Positions 8,119 to 16,258 of a stretch of DNA of 64,000 nt are shown here, in pieces. Numbering within the stretch: position 1 is the stretch's first letter; every line of letters starts with the position of its first letter. The notes under the pieces were generated by a model. It made no database searches. It saw nothing but the letters and a program-made list of their open reading frames with translations, and was not told where the DNA came from. This stretch comes from a virus (Duplodnaviria; Caudoviricetes), in the IMG/VR virus record IMGVR_UViG_3300044728_000163, positions 8,465-72,464 of that record; one strand, 5' to 3'. A program made the position numbers and the translations under genes.

Positions 8119-8199
8119 ACGCGTTGCGTTGAATAGCGACGAGTCGCGGGGCGAGGCCGAGCGATGAGTTGAGATGCCTTGAGGCGGTTGGCCTTGAGT

Positions 8200-8244
8200 C
8201 TCTCGACCCGGCATCCAGACCAAATCTGGATACCGCGTGGAGAG
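8200..8244 (-). repeat. Array hairpin repeat H9
   Basis: + strand CTCTCGACCCGGCATCCAGA-CCAAA-TCTGGATACCGCGTGGAGAG. Confidence 0.9.
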
Positions 8245-8331
8245 AACGATGCGATGCGATGCGATGAGATGCGCGGAGGTGCGTTGCGCCGCGATGCGCC
8301 GCGTCGCGCGGCGAGGTGTAGCGTCGATGGA

Positions 8332-8381
8332 CCTCGCGATCCGACCTTCAGACCAACCGGTCTGAAAGCCGCATGGCGAGG
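8332..8381 (-). repeat. Array hairpin repeat H10 (divergent, gene-proximal)
   Basis: + strand CCTCGCGATCCGACCTTCAGACC-AACC-GGTCTGAAAGCCGCATGGCGAGG; same position and fold, different sequence. Confidence 0.65.
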
Positions 8382-8452
8382 CGAGGCGTCGAAAAGCGAT
8401 GAAGCGCGAGGCGTCGCGGCGCGGTGAGAAGTGTTGCGGCGCGGTGGAAACA

Positions 8453-9046
8453 TTAAGCTGCGATCTGGCGATTATCTTGCCATACCAGCTTATCGATTTG
8501 GAAACGACCGTTCGTTCCACCCTTCTCGGGCCGGAACCGACCGATGCCAACGAACAGGCCACTCAGGTTGACCATCTCGCGGAAAATCGTTTCGGTAATA
8601 ATAGGATCTAGGATAATCACATCGAAGGTTGATTGCCATTCCGGCATGATCGGAAACCTACGCGTCACCCGCTTGCCAGAGCCGCGCACCCCATCGGGGT
8701 TGGCGCTGATGGTCACGCTCGTCACCGTCGCTGGATCGATGTTGAGCGCGGGGTCTTCCAGAACCGCGATACCCGCCGTAAACTTAGCTGTCCATGTCGC
8801 CTTGCCCTGGCCGGGGATTTGTCGCTTGGAATATTTGGCACCAGAAGCGAAGCACTGTTGCAGACCATGCGCCGGAATCACCACGGTCGGTTTCCCATCG
8901 CGAATGGTGTGATTCATCTTGTGTTTCCAAGTCCTTAAGTCCCAATCGTCGGGCCTTTCTCCTTCTAGTTTAGGCTCATCATGCTGACGGCTCTGCGACA
9001 AGGGCGTGATGCCCTTGATCGTGACGGTGGCGATGCTGGCTTGCAT
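8453..9046 (-). CDS. Solitary RAMP-superfamily (Cas7-like) RNA-binding protein
   Basis: N-terminal strand ATVTIKGITPL, RAMP-like VVIPAHGLQQCF (xIPxxxLKxxL), and C-terminal Gly-rich loop GLFVGIGRFRPEKGGTNGRFQI. No other cas gene in the window. Confidence 0.7.
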   Translation of the reverse strand: MQASIATVTIKGITPLSQSRQHDEPKLEGERPDDWDLRTWKHKMNHTIRDGKPTVVIPAHGLQQCFASGAKYSKRQIPGQGKATWTAKFTAGIAVLEDPALNIDPATVTSVTISANPDGVRGSGKRVTRRFPIMPEWQSTFDVIILDPIITETIFREMVNLSGLFVGIGRFRPEKGGTNGRFQIDKLVWQDNRQIAA

Positions 9047-9066
9047 GGTAAAAGTCCTTTTTTAAC

Positions 9067-9131
9067 GTGGCGTCGAGACGCGATGAGAGGCGTTGAGTCG
9101 AGATGCTATGCGACGCGCGGCGACGCGCGAT
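9067..9131 (-). promoter_or_regulatory. Isolated pentamer tract in the 5' leader of the RAMP gene
   Basis: + strand gtggc gtcga gacgc gatga gaggc gttga gtcga gatgc tatgc gacgc gcggc gacgc gcgat: 13 in-phase pentamers ending about 10 nt upstream of the RBS. Confidence 0.6.
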
Positions 9132-9321
9132 CGTCTCCAGCCTCGCGACTGGCGTCCAGCCGCAAGACTCCATCCAGAATGTCGCAGATGATCCAACTGA
9201 CTGACCGGCGCTCCATCTCGGCGCGCCGATTGAGCACGCCGTACAGGTCGTCGGTCAGCCGAACGTGAACTGACTTACCCTTGGCCCCGCCCGAACCAGG
9301 CGCGACAGGTCTTCCAGCCAT
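9106..9321 (-). CDS. Ribbon-helix-helix (CopG/Arc-like) regulator
   Basis: KSVHVRLTDDLYGVLNRRAEMERRSVSWIICDILD: beta strand followed by two helices. Confidence 0.7.
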   Translation of the reverse strand: MAGRPVAPGSGGAKGKSVHVRLTDDLYGVLNRRAEMERRSVSWIICDILDGVLRLDASREAGDDRASPRVA

Positions 9322-9386
9322 CACTCACTCCAACCCTGAACAGACCAAACGGACTATCATGGGAACATGAGGATAGCAATGGGTAA

Positions 9387-9719
9387 TTATTTCAATATTC
9401 CGTTGTCGATGCCCCACCCACGCATGATGTCCAGGCCACGCTGGCGCTTCTCTTTCTCGGTGTGGCCATCGTTGTAGAAATTCACCCCCGTGAGGATGTC
9501 GGCCACCCACTCCTTGCCGTCCGCGCGCATCACCGGACCCACTTCGCGATCACCTCCCTGGCGCTCCCAGATCGGCTCGTAGAACCGGTTGAACAGCACC
9601 TCGCGACCGGTCTTCGTCGTCCACATGCCGTAAGCGATGTCATTCTGACGTTCGAAGTCACGCGCGGTGGCGAAGTGACGAGGCTTCCCGCCGTGGGTGA
9701 ACCGTTCCTTGAAACTCAT
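9387..9719 (-). CDS. Hypothetical protein
   Basis: 110-aa ORF with GGAGG RBS upstream. Confidence 0.6.
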   Translation of the reverse strand: MSFKERFTHGGKPRHFATARDFERQNDIAYGMWTTKTGREVLFNRFYEPIWERQGGDREVGPVMRADGKEWVADILTGVNFYNDGHTEKEKRQRGLDIMRGWGIDNGILK

Positions 9720-9983
9720 GTCCCTACCTCCCTAACGTGCCTCTACCATCCGCCCCTACCTATTGTGAAGAAAATGGCTGATTTCCGCCATTTGCCTCCA
9801 CGTCACCACCTCCCCACCGGTTTTCCAAAACCCTCTCCTGTGCGTGCGTATACACACATGCGTGCAGGTGCCTATAGGTAGGGGCGTGGGGGCATGTTGG
9901 TTTATTACCTAGAGAAAGCTGGTTGGGGAAGTGCCACCACGGTGGGGGCATAGTGGGGGCGAAACACCCAAAGGTAGAGGCAA

Positions 9984-11423
9984 TCAGGTGCCAGGAGCCT
10001 CGTCAGGCGGTTGCCAGGTCGTGGTCTTCCCGCGCGACAGTTCATTTTTGACTGTTGGCAATCTAACGTGGCGAGACGCGATCCATCCCATCGCCTTCAG
10101 AACCTCGGCCACCCTCATCTCATGCACCTTAGACATTTTATCTTTTGTCATGCCGATCGCGTGTTCCAAGATCCTGGCGACGTAGATTGGTTCGACGGCG
10201 AGGAACGCGTCGGTCGGTTCCGCCTGATCGGCGATGATCCGCGCCTTCGCTTCCGAGCGCTCCCGTTCGGTTTTGGCGACCCATCGTTGGACGGCCACGG
10301 TCCAGATGTCCTCGCGCATGCGCGTGTTGGTCAGCCGCGCCGCCTCGGCCTGCAGTTCGTCGGTGTCCAGCCATAGCCGCCGGTCGTCCCCTTCCGCCTC
10401 GCGCGCCGCCGCTTCCGCCCATAATTGTTCTCTGTTAGCAATGATCCATTGAACATCCGCCTTCTGACAGAAGGCCGGCCAGAACCGTGTATTCCCAGTT
10501 GTATCCTTCAAATAATCTTGTTGATTTGTCGTTCCAAAGAACACTCCCTCGCGTGGCACGTCGCGGAAATGGCGCTCATACGGTGGCCGGAAATGATCGG
10601 TGTTCCTTGACAAAAACGCCTTGAGTGTTTCCACATCGGAACGGATGACCTGCTCGATCTCGCTGAACTCGACCACCCATTTGCCGAAAAGTCCTTGCGC
10701 CGCCTCCTTGTTTCGCAAATCCGCGAACACCGTGTCGGTGAAGAACTCCTTGCCGTACAGCACCTCGATCACCGTGCTTTTGCCGAGCCTTTGCTCGCCT
10801 TCCAATATCAACATCGAATCGAATTTGACCCCTGGACGGCGCAGCCGCCGCACCGAAGCGACCAGCATCCGCGCGCCGATCGCGGCGTAGTAATCCTCGC
10901 GTGCCTTCCAGCGAGCGTATTCCGCCTCGTCACCATTGCGGTCGAACTCGTTGCGGACATCGAAGGCCTCGACCATCCAGGTGTCGATCCGATAGACACC
11001 ATCCCATCGTAACGAATTAATCCAGTCCAGTATTGGATGATATGAATTCTGCCGCGCCACGACCTCCATGGCGTCGGCCACGTTGGCGCGTGGCCAGTTC
11101 TTGTTCCAGGCGCACTGCAGGTACCCGGTGACCAGGGTGATGTCGGTGGTGTTCCACGGCCTGGGGTATGGCCCCCGCTCGTCCACCTCCGAGCCGTCGA
11201 ACCGGGGTGGTGGCCGCAGCAACACCGCCTGACAACGGTAACTGTCGAAGGCGAACATCGGACCCAGCGTGCCCGTGAACGGATCATCGTTAGCCAGGAT
11301 CATCATCGCGTTATGTAAAGTAACAAAGACATCACCGTCTTTGGGCCGCGCCAGGCGGAACCGCCAGCCTGGGTCCGGTGATTCGAAAGCGTCTGGCGCG
11401 TCGGGCGGATCATTTGGCATCAT
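9984..11423 (-). CDS. VapE/VirE-family (SF3-like) replicative helicase/ATPase
   Basis: KFDSMLILEGEQRLGKST (Walker A), WVVEFSEIE (Walker B), FRPPYER, FFGTTNQQDYLKDTTGNTRFWP. Confidence 0.85.
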   Translation of the reverse strand: MMPNDPPDAPDAFESPDPGWRFRLARPKDGDVFVTLHNAMMILANDDPFTGTLGPMFAFDSYRCQAVLLRPPPRFDGSEVDERGPYPRPWNTTDITLVTGYLQCAWNKNWPRANVADAMEVVARQNSYHPILDWINSLRWDGVYRIDTWMVEAFDVRNEFDRNGDEAEYARWKAREDYYAAIGARMLVASVRRLRRPGVKFDSMLILEGEQRLGKSTVIEVLYGKEFFTDTVFADLRNKEAAQGLFGKWVVEFSEIEQVIRSDVETLKAFLSRNTDHFRPPYERHFRDVPREGVFFGTTNQQDYLKDTTGNTRFWPAFCQKADVQWIIANREQLWAEAAAREAEGDDRRLWLDTDELQAEAARLTNTRMREDIWTVAVQRWVAKTERERSEAKARIIADQAEPTDAFLAVEPIYVARILEHAIGMTKDKMSKVHEMRVAEVLKAMGWIASRHVRLPTVKNELSRGKTTTWQPPDEAPGT

Positions 11424-12256
11424 CTCTTCCCCAGTGGAGTGCGTCGGCCAGCCTTGATCGCGGAATGGATCGTCGCCGCGGCTTCCATCCCGTCCAGGCC
11501 CGCGGCGCGAGCGGCGGCGTAGAGGGTATCCACCGCCCGGTCCTCATCCAGCAACCCGGCCCCGATCAACTTACCGATCGTCCACGCGCGCCGGTTCAGG
11601 ACGATGTTGCGGCCCCCCTCGCGCGCGTCGCTGATCGCGAACGCCGCCCGGTTCAGCGCCTCGTGGGCGGCGTTGCCAGCCCGCTCCCCATCGGAGAAGC
11701 GCTCCGCGACCGGCGGCGGCGGCGGGGTCCGCAGCGCCGTCAGGAGCCACCCCGGCGCGTCCGGCGGGCTGACCTCCCATGGTGCCACGATCCACCGGTA
11801 AGCCCGCCCCGTGGTGGTGTGGATGCTGGGCGGGATCGTTTGCGTCTGGGCACCCCTCTTGGGGTCGATGCCCGCCCACGCGGCTCCCAGCCGGTCGGAC
11901 GACCCGACCAGGTTCAGGCCGATGTTGGCGCGATAAAATAACAACACGCCGCCGCCACCGGATCTGGCCCGCGGCCCGACCGGCAAGGGTCCATTCTCGG
12001 CGACCAGCCGCGCCATCGAGGCGATCCCGTCATGCGCGTGCGTCTCGGTGGAATCCACATCGAGGCCCCACACGCCAGACCGGCCAAACACCACCCGCCA
12101 GTTGCAGCCGGGATGCTCCCTGGCCCACAGCGCCAGGGTATTGAGGTCGGAGGTCGCCTCGCCCTGTGACCCCTTCCAGAGGCCCGCCCTGGACGTGCGC
12201 GAACAGGGATATAAAGCCCATCCAAGCAACGCCAGGCGTTCCAGGTCCCGATGCAT
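11420..12256 (-). CDS. Bifunctional DNA primase/polymerase (Prim-Pol)
   Basis: GWALYPC, ATSDLNTL..W...PGCNW, GLDVD, RARSGGGG..FY, SIH..TG..YRW motifs. Confidence 0.85.
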   Translation of the reverse strand: MHRDLERLALLGWALYPCSRTSRAGLWKGSQGEATSDLNTLALWAREHPGCNWRVVFGRSGVWGLDVDSTETHAHDGIASMARLVAENGPLPVGPRARSGGGGVLLFYRANIGLNLVGSSDRLGAAWAGIDPKRGAQTQTIPPSIHTTTGRAYRWIVAPWEVSPPDAPGWLLTALRTPPPPPVAERFSDGERAGNAAHEALNRAAFAISDAREGGRNIVLNRRAWTIGKLIGAGLLDEDRAVDTLYAAARAAGLDGMEAAATIHSAIKAGRRTPLGKR

Positions 12257-12324
12257 CCCCGACCCCGTCCCCTTATTGGGCGACCAGTTATACGCCGGTC
12301 GCCGGTCCCGTCACCGCGGCGCGG

Positions 12325-12495
12325 CTAATCCTCGACCGTCACCTTGAAGCCGTTCCTGGTCGCGTCGATCACGAACCGCGCACCCACCAGAAACCCCATG
12401 AACATCACCCGTCCGGACGGCAGCGTGACCATGATCTCACCCTCCTGGGTGACGCGGGTGACGATCACTTCCGGTTCATCCTCGACGCCGCTCAT
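12325..12495 (-). CDS. Small hypothetical protein
   Basis: TGATG stop/start overlap with the upstream gene. Confidence 0.5.
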   Translation of the reverse strand: MSGVEDEPEVIVTRVTQEGEIMVTLPSGRVMFMGFLVGARFVIDATRNGFKVTVED

Positions 12496-12908
12496 CAGCC
12501 CCGCTCCTTCGCGTTCCACGGTTTGAACGCGCGCATCGCGTCGGCCTGTAGTTCCGGCGCGTTCCAGTCACCTCGAAAACAGACCGCCCGGTCGTCGATC
12601 GTGAGCCACGCCGCCGGTTTCTCGTGCGCGAACTCAATTTCCAGCGGCTGCACGGGATCGCGCTGACCACCGGCTTTGATCCAGGTGTTGCGCTGTTCGT
12701 GCAGCCATGTGCCCATCGCTATCACGCCCGCATCGTCTTTGGACCGTGATGAGTAGATCACGAGCCTGAACTTATCCCGCACCGTCTCGACCCATTCAAA
12801 GAAGCCCTCGGTGACATCATCGTATAGTTCACCGTTTTGCCACCCCTTGCTGTATTTATTTATAACGCCATCGAAATCAATACAGATTGTTGGTTTGAAG
12901 TCGCTCAT
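12495..12908 (-). CDS. HAD-superfamily phosphatase-like phage protein
   Basis: ICIDFDGVI (DxDG motif I), VIYSSR (motif II), KP...IDDRA (motifs III/IV). Confidence 0.75.
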   Translation of the reverse strand: MSDFKPTICIDFDGVINKYSKGWQNGELYDDVTEGFFEWVETVRDKFRLVIYSSRSKDDAGVIAMGTWLHEQRNTWIKAGGQRDPVQPLEIEFAHEKPAAWLTIDDRAVCFRGDWNAPELQADAMRAFKPWNAKERG

Positions 12909-12912
12909 CGTT

Positions 12913-13122
12913 TCAGCCCTTCTCCATCGCCCGCAGCAACAGCCAGGCGAGGATCACGGGATGCGACTCCCCGCCGCGGGATCGTTCCATGGCGGCGCGC
13001 ATCGCCGCCGCATCGCCTTCATACGTCCCATCGGCGTTCAGGATGATCTTCACCGCTTCGTTACCGAAATTAAAAGTGATCTTCGCCGGGAACGTCGGAT
13101 CGCCGTCGAAGAAGCTGTTCAT
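12913..13122 (-). CDS. Hypothetical protein
   Basis: Start MNSFFDG overlaps the helicase stop; the longer track ORF extends into the helicase and was trimmed. Confidence 0.5.
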   Translation of the reverse strand: MNSFFDGDPTFPAKITFNFGNEAVKIILNADGTYEGDAAAMRAAMERSRGGESHPVILAWLLLRAMEKG

Positions 13123-14453
13123 CACACCCCCACCAGCACCAGGCCCCGAGCGGCCCGCGTCGCCCCGGTATATAAAAGCCGCCTGACCTCCAGCGGATTG
13201 TCCGGCATGCGCGCCCGCGTGTTGGGGATGTCGAGGAACGCGAACTGAAACGTCGAACCCTGCGAGGCGTGCAACGTCATCGCGTAGATCGACTGAGCGC
13301 GCGTGAAGAAATTCATGAAGTCGTGATACTGGCTCCATGTTTTGGACGAACCCTTGCACTCGTCGCGCAGTTCGCCGAGTTCCAGTTGATACTCCTGCCA
13401 GTCACGCGGCACATGGATCATGTGCGGGATGCCAGCATCCGTCTCGACCTGAATGTCCCAGGTCGAAACCTTGGCGTGCAATCCCTTCTCGATCGTCCTG
13501 ACGCGCACTTCCTCGTTGGTGGCGATCAGCACCGTGTCATCGATCACCAACGGTGAGCGCATCAGCAACATCTCACCCGGCAAATACGGCGACTGCTTCG
13601 CCTCGTCGCCGTAGAGCCAGCCGCGGACGCGGGTGTTGATCTGCAGGACGCGGTCGTTGGTGTGGCAAAGGTAGCGAGCGAAGTCAGGGTCTTTCGCGAA
13701 GTCCTCCGACATGATGGCCTTCTTCAGCCACGCGTCGGTCTGCCCCCGCGGCGGCACGAAGATGCCGATGTCGCCCACCCGTTCCGGACGGCACCATGAC
13801 CAGTCCATCGGTGCCTCCGGCGTCTTCTGCGTGGCGCGGATCACCTGGGCCGCGGCGATTATGGGGTTATCCGCCGCCTGGCGCACCACGGTCGTCAGAT
13901 GCGAAGCCGGTAAAACCTTGAACGAGTCCGAATTCATCTCTCCCACGGGAGGTATCTGCGCCGGGTCGCCGACGAATATCACCGCGCGAACATCCAGCCA
14001 GCGATTGATCATCTTCATGATGTCCTCGCCGAACATCGAACATTCATCGAGGATGAACACCTGTCCCTCGATCGCCCTGGCGTTGTCGGAGCGGACGAAT
14101 ACCTGTTTGTCGCGCACCTGTTTCGGTCGCAGCGACAACAGCGAGTGGATGGTGCCGCAGGGGATGGAGCGGCCTATCTTCGCGCGCAGCACCGCCGCCG
14201 CCTTATGCGTCGGCGCGGCGCATCGCACATCAATAAACCGATTTTTCAGTTCCGCCGCGATGATCTGGACGAGGGTGGTTTTGCCGGTCCCCGCCGAGCC
14301 GGTCAGCAGATGCTGCCGCCGCATCTCGATCGACGCCATGATCTCGGCCTTGGCCCGCGCCTGGTCCTCGGTCAGCGTGACATCGGGTACCGGCACGGGG
14401 GCGTAATCCGATACCCCGTAGTCGTCATCGTCGTCATCCCATTCCCTGTCCAT
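13122..14453 (-). CDS. RecD/Dda-like SF1B helicase
   Basis: LTGSAGTGKTT, APTHKAA, TIHSLL, ILDECSM, VGDPAQIPPV, LTTVVRQ, YAMTLHASQGSTF, LYTGATRA. Confidence 0.9.
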   Translation of the reverse strand: MDREWDDDDDDYGVSDYAPVPVPDVTLTEDQARAKAEIMASIEMRRQHLLTGSAGTGKTTLVQIIAAELKNRFIDVRCAAPTHKAAAVLRAKIGRSIPCGTIHSLLSLRPKQVRDKQVFVRSDNARAIEGQVFILDECSMFGEDIMKMINRWLDVRAVIFVGDPAQIPPVGEMNSDSFKVLPASHLTTVVRQAADNPIIAAAQVIRATQKTPEAPMDWSWCRPERVGDIGIFVPPRGQTDAWLKKAIMSEDFAKDPDFARYLCHTNDRVLQINTRVRGWLYGDEAKQSPYLPGEMLLMRSPLVIDDTVLIATNEEVRVRTIEKGLHAKVSTWDIQVETDAGIPHMIHVPRDWQEYQLELGELRDECKGSSKTWSQYHDFMNFFTRAQSIYAMTLHASQGSTFQFAFLDIPNTRARMPDNPLEVRRLLYTGATRAARGLVLVGV

Positions 14454-14656
14454 CAATCTTCTTCCTCTGTTATTTTCCTGCTGGTCCACGACCACAGGGC
14501 GCACGGCTGCACGGAAAAATCTGTTTCACATTCATCACAATGTAATTCGTAGCCGCCCTCATCGAAGTAGTGCGCTTCATCGAGTTTCCATGTGTGGCCA
14601 CAGCCAGGGCATTCCGGACCTTCATGGCTGAACGAGGAAGACCCCCAGCGCGTCAT
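14453..14656 (-). CDS. Small zinc-ribbon protein
   Basis: CPGC...CDEC pair. Confidence 0.55.
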   Translation of the reverse strand: MTRWGSSSFSHEGPECPGCGHTWKLDEAHYFDEGGYELHCDECETDFSVQPCALWSWTSRKITEEED

Positions 14657-14961
14657 TCTTCTTCCTTAACCTCGCCATCATCTGGCACCGCGCCGACAGG
14701 CTCCGATGGCCCATCGATCAGCGGGAAATGTATCTCATCCGGAACCTTGCCACGCCAGCCACGCAGGTAATAAACGCCAGATTCCAATGTCCCGATCATG
14801 TGGATCGGCCAGTTCAACAGATCGTTGATCGTCAAACCCAGAGTGCCGTTCTTGTTCTTCCACAAGAGTCCGGTGTAATGCGGCGGCACGTCCGGCGGTT
14901 TGAAGTTCCGCACCACGCCAGGCACCCCGCGATCGGGATCGTCCTGTTTAAAATCCGCCAA
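14653..14961 (-). CDS. Hypothetical protein
   Basis: Probable TTG start after GGAGAG; operon-packed. Confidence 0.45.
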   Translation of the reverse strand: MADFKQDDPDRGVPGVVRNFKPPDVPPHYTGLLWKNKNGTLGLTINDLLNWPIHMIGTLESGVYYLRGWRGKVPDEIHFPLIDGPSEPVGAVPDDGEVKEEE

Positions 14962-15178
14962 GTTTCTCTCCGATCCTGTTGATGATTTCCCACATCTTGT
15001 CGCTGATCCGCGTCTTGTTTCCGTAGTCGAGGAGACGATCTCCCACATCGTCGATGAACGCGGCCTCCCAGTCGGTCAGCACATTGCTGTGTTCCGCCTC
15101 GCTAACGATTTCCCTGATGCGTTCCAGTTCGTCATCAGTCAGAACATCGTGATCCTGTGGTGTCGGCCTGGTTCGCAT
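14948..15178 (-). CDS. Hypothetical protein
   Basis: 76 aa, LTDWEAAFIDDV...ISDKMWEII; operon-packed. Confidence 0.55.
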   Translation of the reverse strand: MRTRPTPQDHDVLTDDELERIREIVSEAEHSNVLTDWEAAFIDDVGDRLLDYGNKTRISDKMWEIINRIGEKLGGF

Positions 15179-15195
15179 CGGGAAATCTCCAGTGT

Positions 15196-15675
15196 CTAGA
15201 AGGGAATCGAGTCGTCCTCGATGGTGCCAGCCGGGACCGCCTTACGCGCCGCCGCCGGACGCGCCGCCGGTTTCGCCGCCGTCGCCTCGGCCTCGATGTA
15301 GTCACGCACGCTGTTGGACGGTCCATACTCGCCACGCGCGGGCCGCAACGCCAGGTTCAGCTTGCCGGTCTTGCCCTGGCAATCCCAGGCATCCAGTTCG
15401 CCGCTTTCATATTCCGCGATCAGGCCAACCGCGGCGCAGAAATGCCGCACCTTCCACTGGCTTTTCTCATCCGCGCCCAAATAATCAAAAACCTTGCGCT
15501 GTTCGCCCTTGGTGTTGAACACCAGAAGCGTCAGCTTCATCTGGTCGCGGCCACTCGCCTTGGAGGTTTCATCCTCCGCGAGTTCGACCTCGAAATCGTA
15601 GGTGCCTGACGGCCACGGCACGAAGTTGCCGCCTTTATCAGCTTCTTCCTTCGACATTGTGGTAGGGATTCTCAT
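15196..15675 (-). CDS. DUF669 family putative ssDNA-binding protein
   Basis: FVPWPSGTYDFEV...SKASGRDQMKLTL...KVFDYL...WKVRHFC; acidic tail EDDSIPF typical of SSBs. Confidence 0.75.
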   Translation of the reverse strand: MRIPTTMSKEEADKGGNFVPWPSGTYDFEVELAEDETSKASGRDQMKLTLLVFNTKGEQRKVFDYLGADEKSQWKVRHFCAAVGLIAEYESGELDAWDCQGKTGKLNLALRPARGEYGPSNSVRDYIEAEATAAKPAARPAAARKAVPAGTIEDDSIPF

Positions 15676-15899
15676 CTGGGTTTCTCCATTGTTAAGGACA
15701 CGATCGACGCCACCAACCTGGCGACATCGCCTTCATTCAGCCAGACCCGGCGCACCGAACCACGTCCAATGCCGATCGACAGAATGTTACACTTCGCCAC
15801 CCGGTCATGAACCAGTTCAAGGACCATCGGTGGTTCGGTTTCCATGACCACGCGCCGCAGCACACGCGGCGAGCGCGAGGGCACCGGTTTGAACTTCAT
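15672..15899 (-). CDS. Hypothetical protein
   Basis: Overlapping start/stop with neighbours. Confidence 0.5.
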   Translation of the reverse strand: MKFKPVPSRSPRVLRRVVMETEPPMVLELVHDRVAKCNILSIGIGRGSVRRVWLNEGDVARLVASIVSLTMEKPR

Positions 15900-16258
15900 T
15901 CCTTCATCGCGATCCGGATGTCGTAAGCACCGGTCTTTGGATCACGGCCAACGATCTTTCCGAAACCGCAACACATGGCTATTACACCCATGGTAGATTT
16001 ATCCATCCGCCATTCCATGACCGGAGGCGCGTTGAGAACAAACATCGCGCCCACGAACATCTCGAAATAGTCTTTCGCTTCCGGAATGTCCCAGACCTCG
16101 CGCGGATCATCATCGAATCCGCTGATCATCAGGTGGAGATCCGCGAACGGATATCGCCGCATCGCCATGATCACGATTTCCGCCGCCGCCATGGCGTTGA
16201 AGGAGGTCAGTTCCCCCGCCCCGCCGATCTCGATGAAGGCCGCGTCGAACCCTTCCAT
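15896..16258 (-). CDS. Hypothetical protein
   Basis: 120 aa, coupled to the ATPase stop. Confidence 0.55.
   Translation of the reverse strand: MEGFDAAFIEIGGAGELTSFNAMAAAEIVIMAMRRYPFADLHLMISGFDDDPREVWDIPEAKDYFEMFVGAMFVLNAPPVMEWRMDKSTMGVIAMCCGFGKIVGRDPKTGAYDIRIAMKE

Larger units (their letters stand above)
6893..8452 (-). ncRNA. Putative guide-RNA array: 11 pentamer-periodic tracts (CNC-NN) separated by 10 conserved hairpins
   Basis: Example + strand 7023-7117: gcaat gcgat gcgat gcggg gcgcg gtggc gcgat gtgga gcggt gcgtc gcggc gcgga gcgct gtgaa gcgcg gagcg gcgtc gcggg gttga (17 of 19 begin G-N-G). Starts at the RAMP stop codon and ends at the next RBS. Confidence 0.75.

Noticed and set aside
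6977-8381. Calling the array a CRISPR array
   Set aside because: The spacers are 70-140 nt, variable in length and internally periodic rather than foreign-like; the repeat centres vary; no cas1/cas2/cas6 or leader is present.
6977-8381. REP/BIME or MITE insertions in a microsatellite
   Set aside because: The hairpins occur only here, one per tract, with no target-site duplications or transposase, and the tracts vary at defined positions rather than in unit number alone.
6596-8562. Three long overlapping minus-strand ORFs (496, 545 and 561 aa) across the array
   Set aside because: All three frames give Arg/Ala/Pro/His low-complexity text, as expected when CGC-NN repeats rarely form stops. 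One (start 8453) does overlap the RAMP stop as TAATG, so incidental translation is not excluded, but it is not called a protein.
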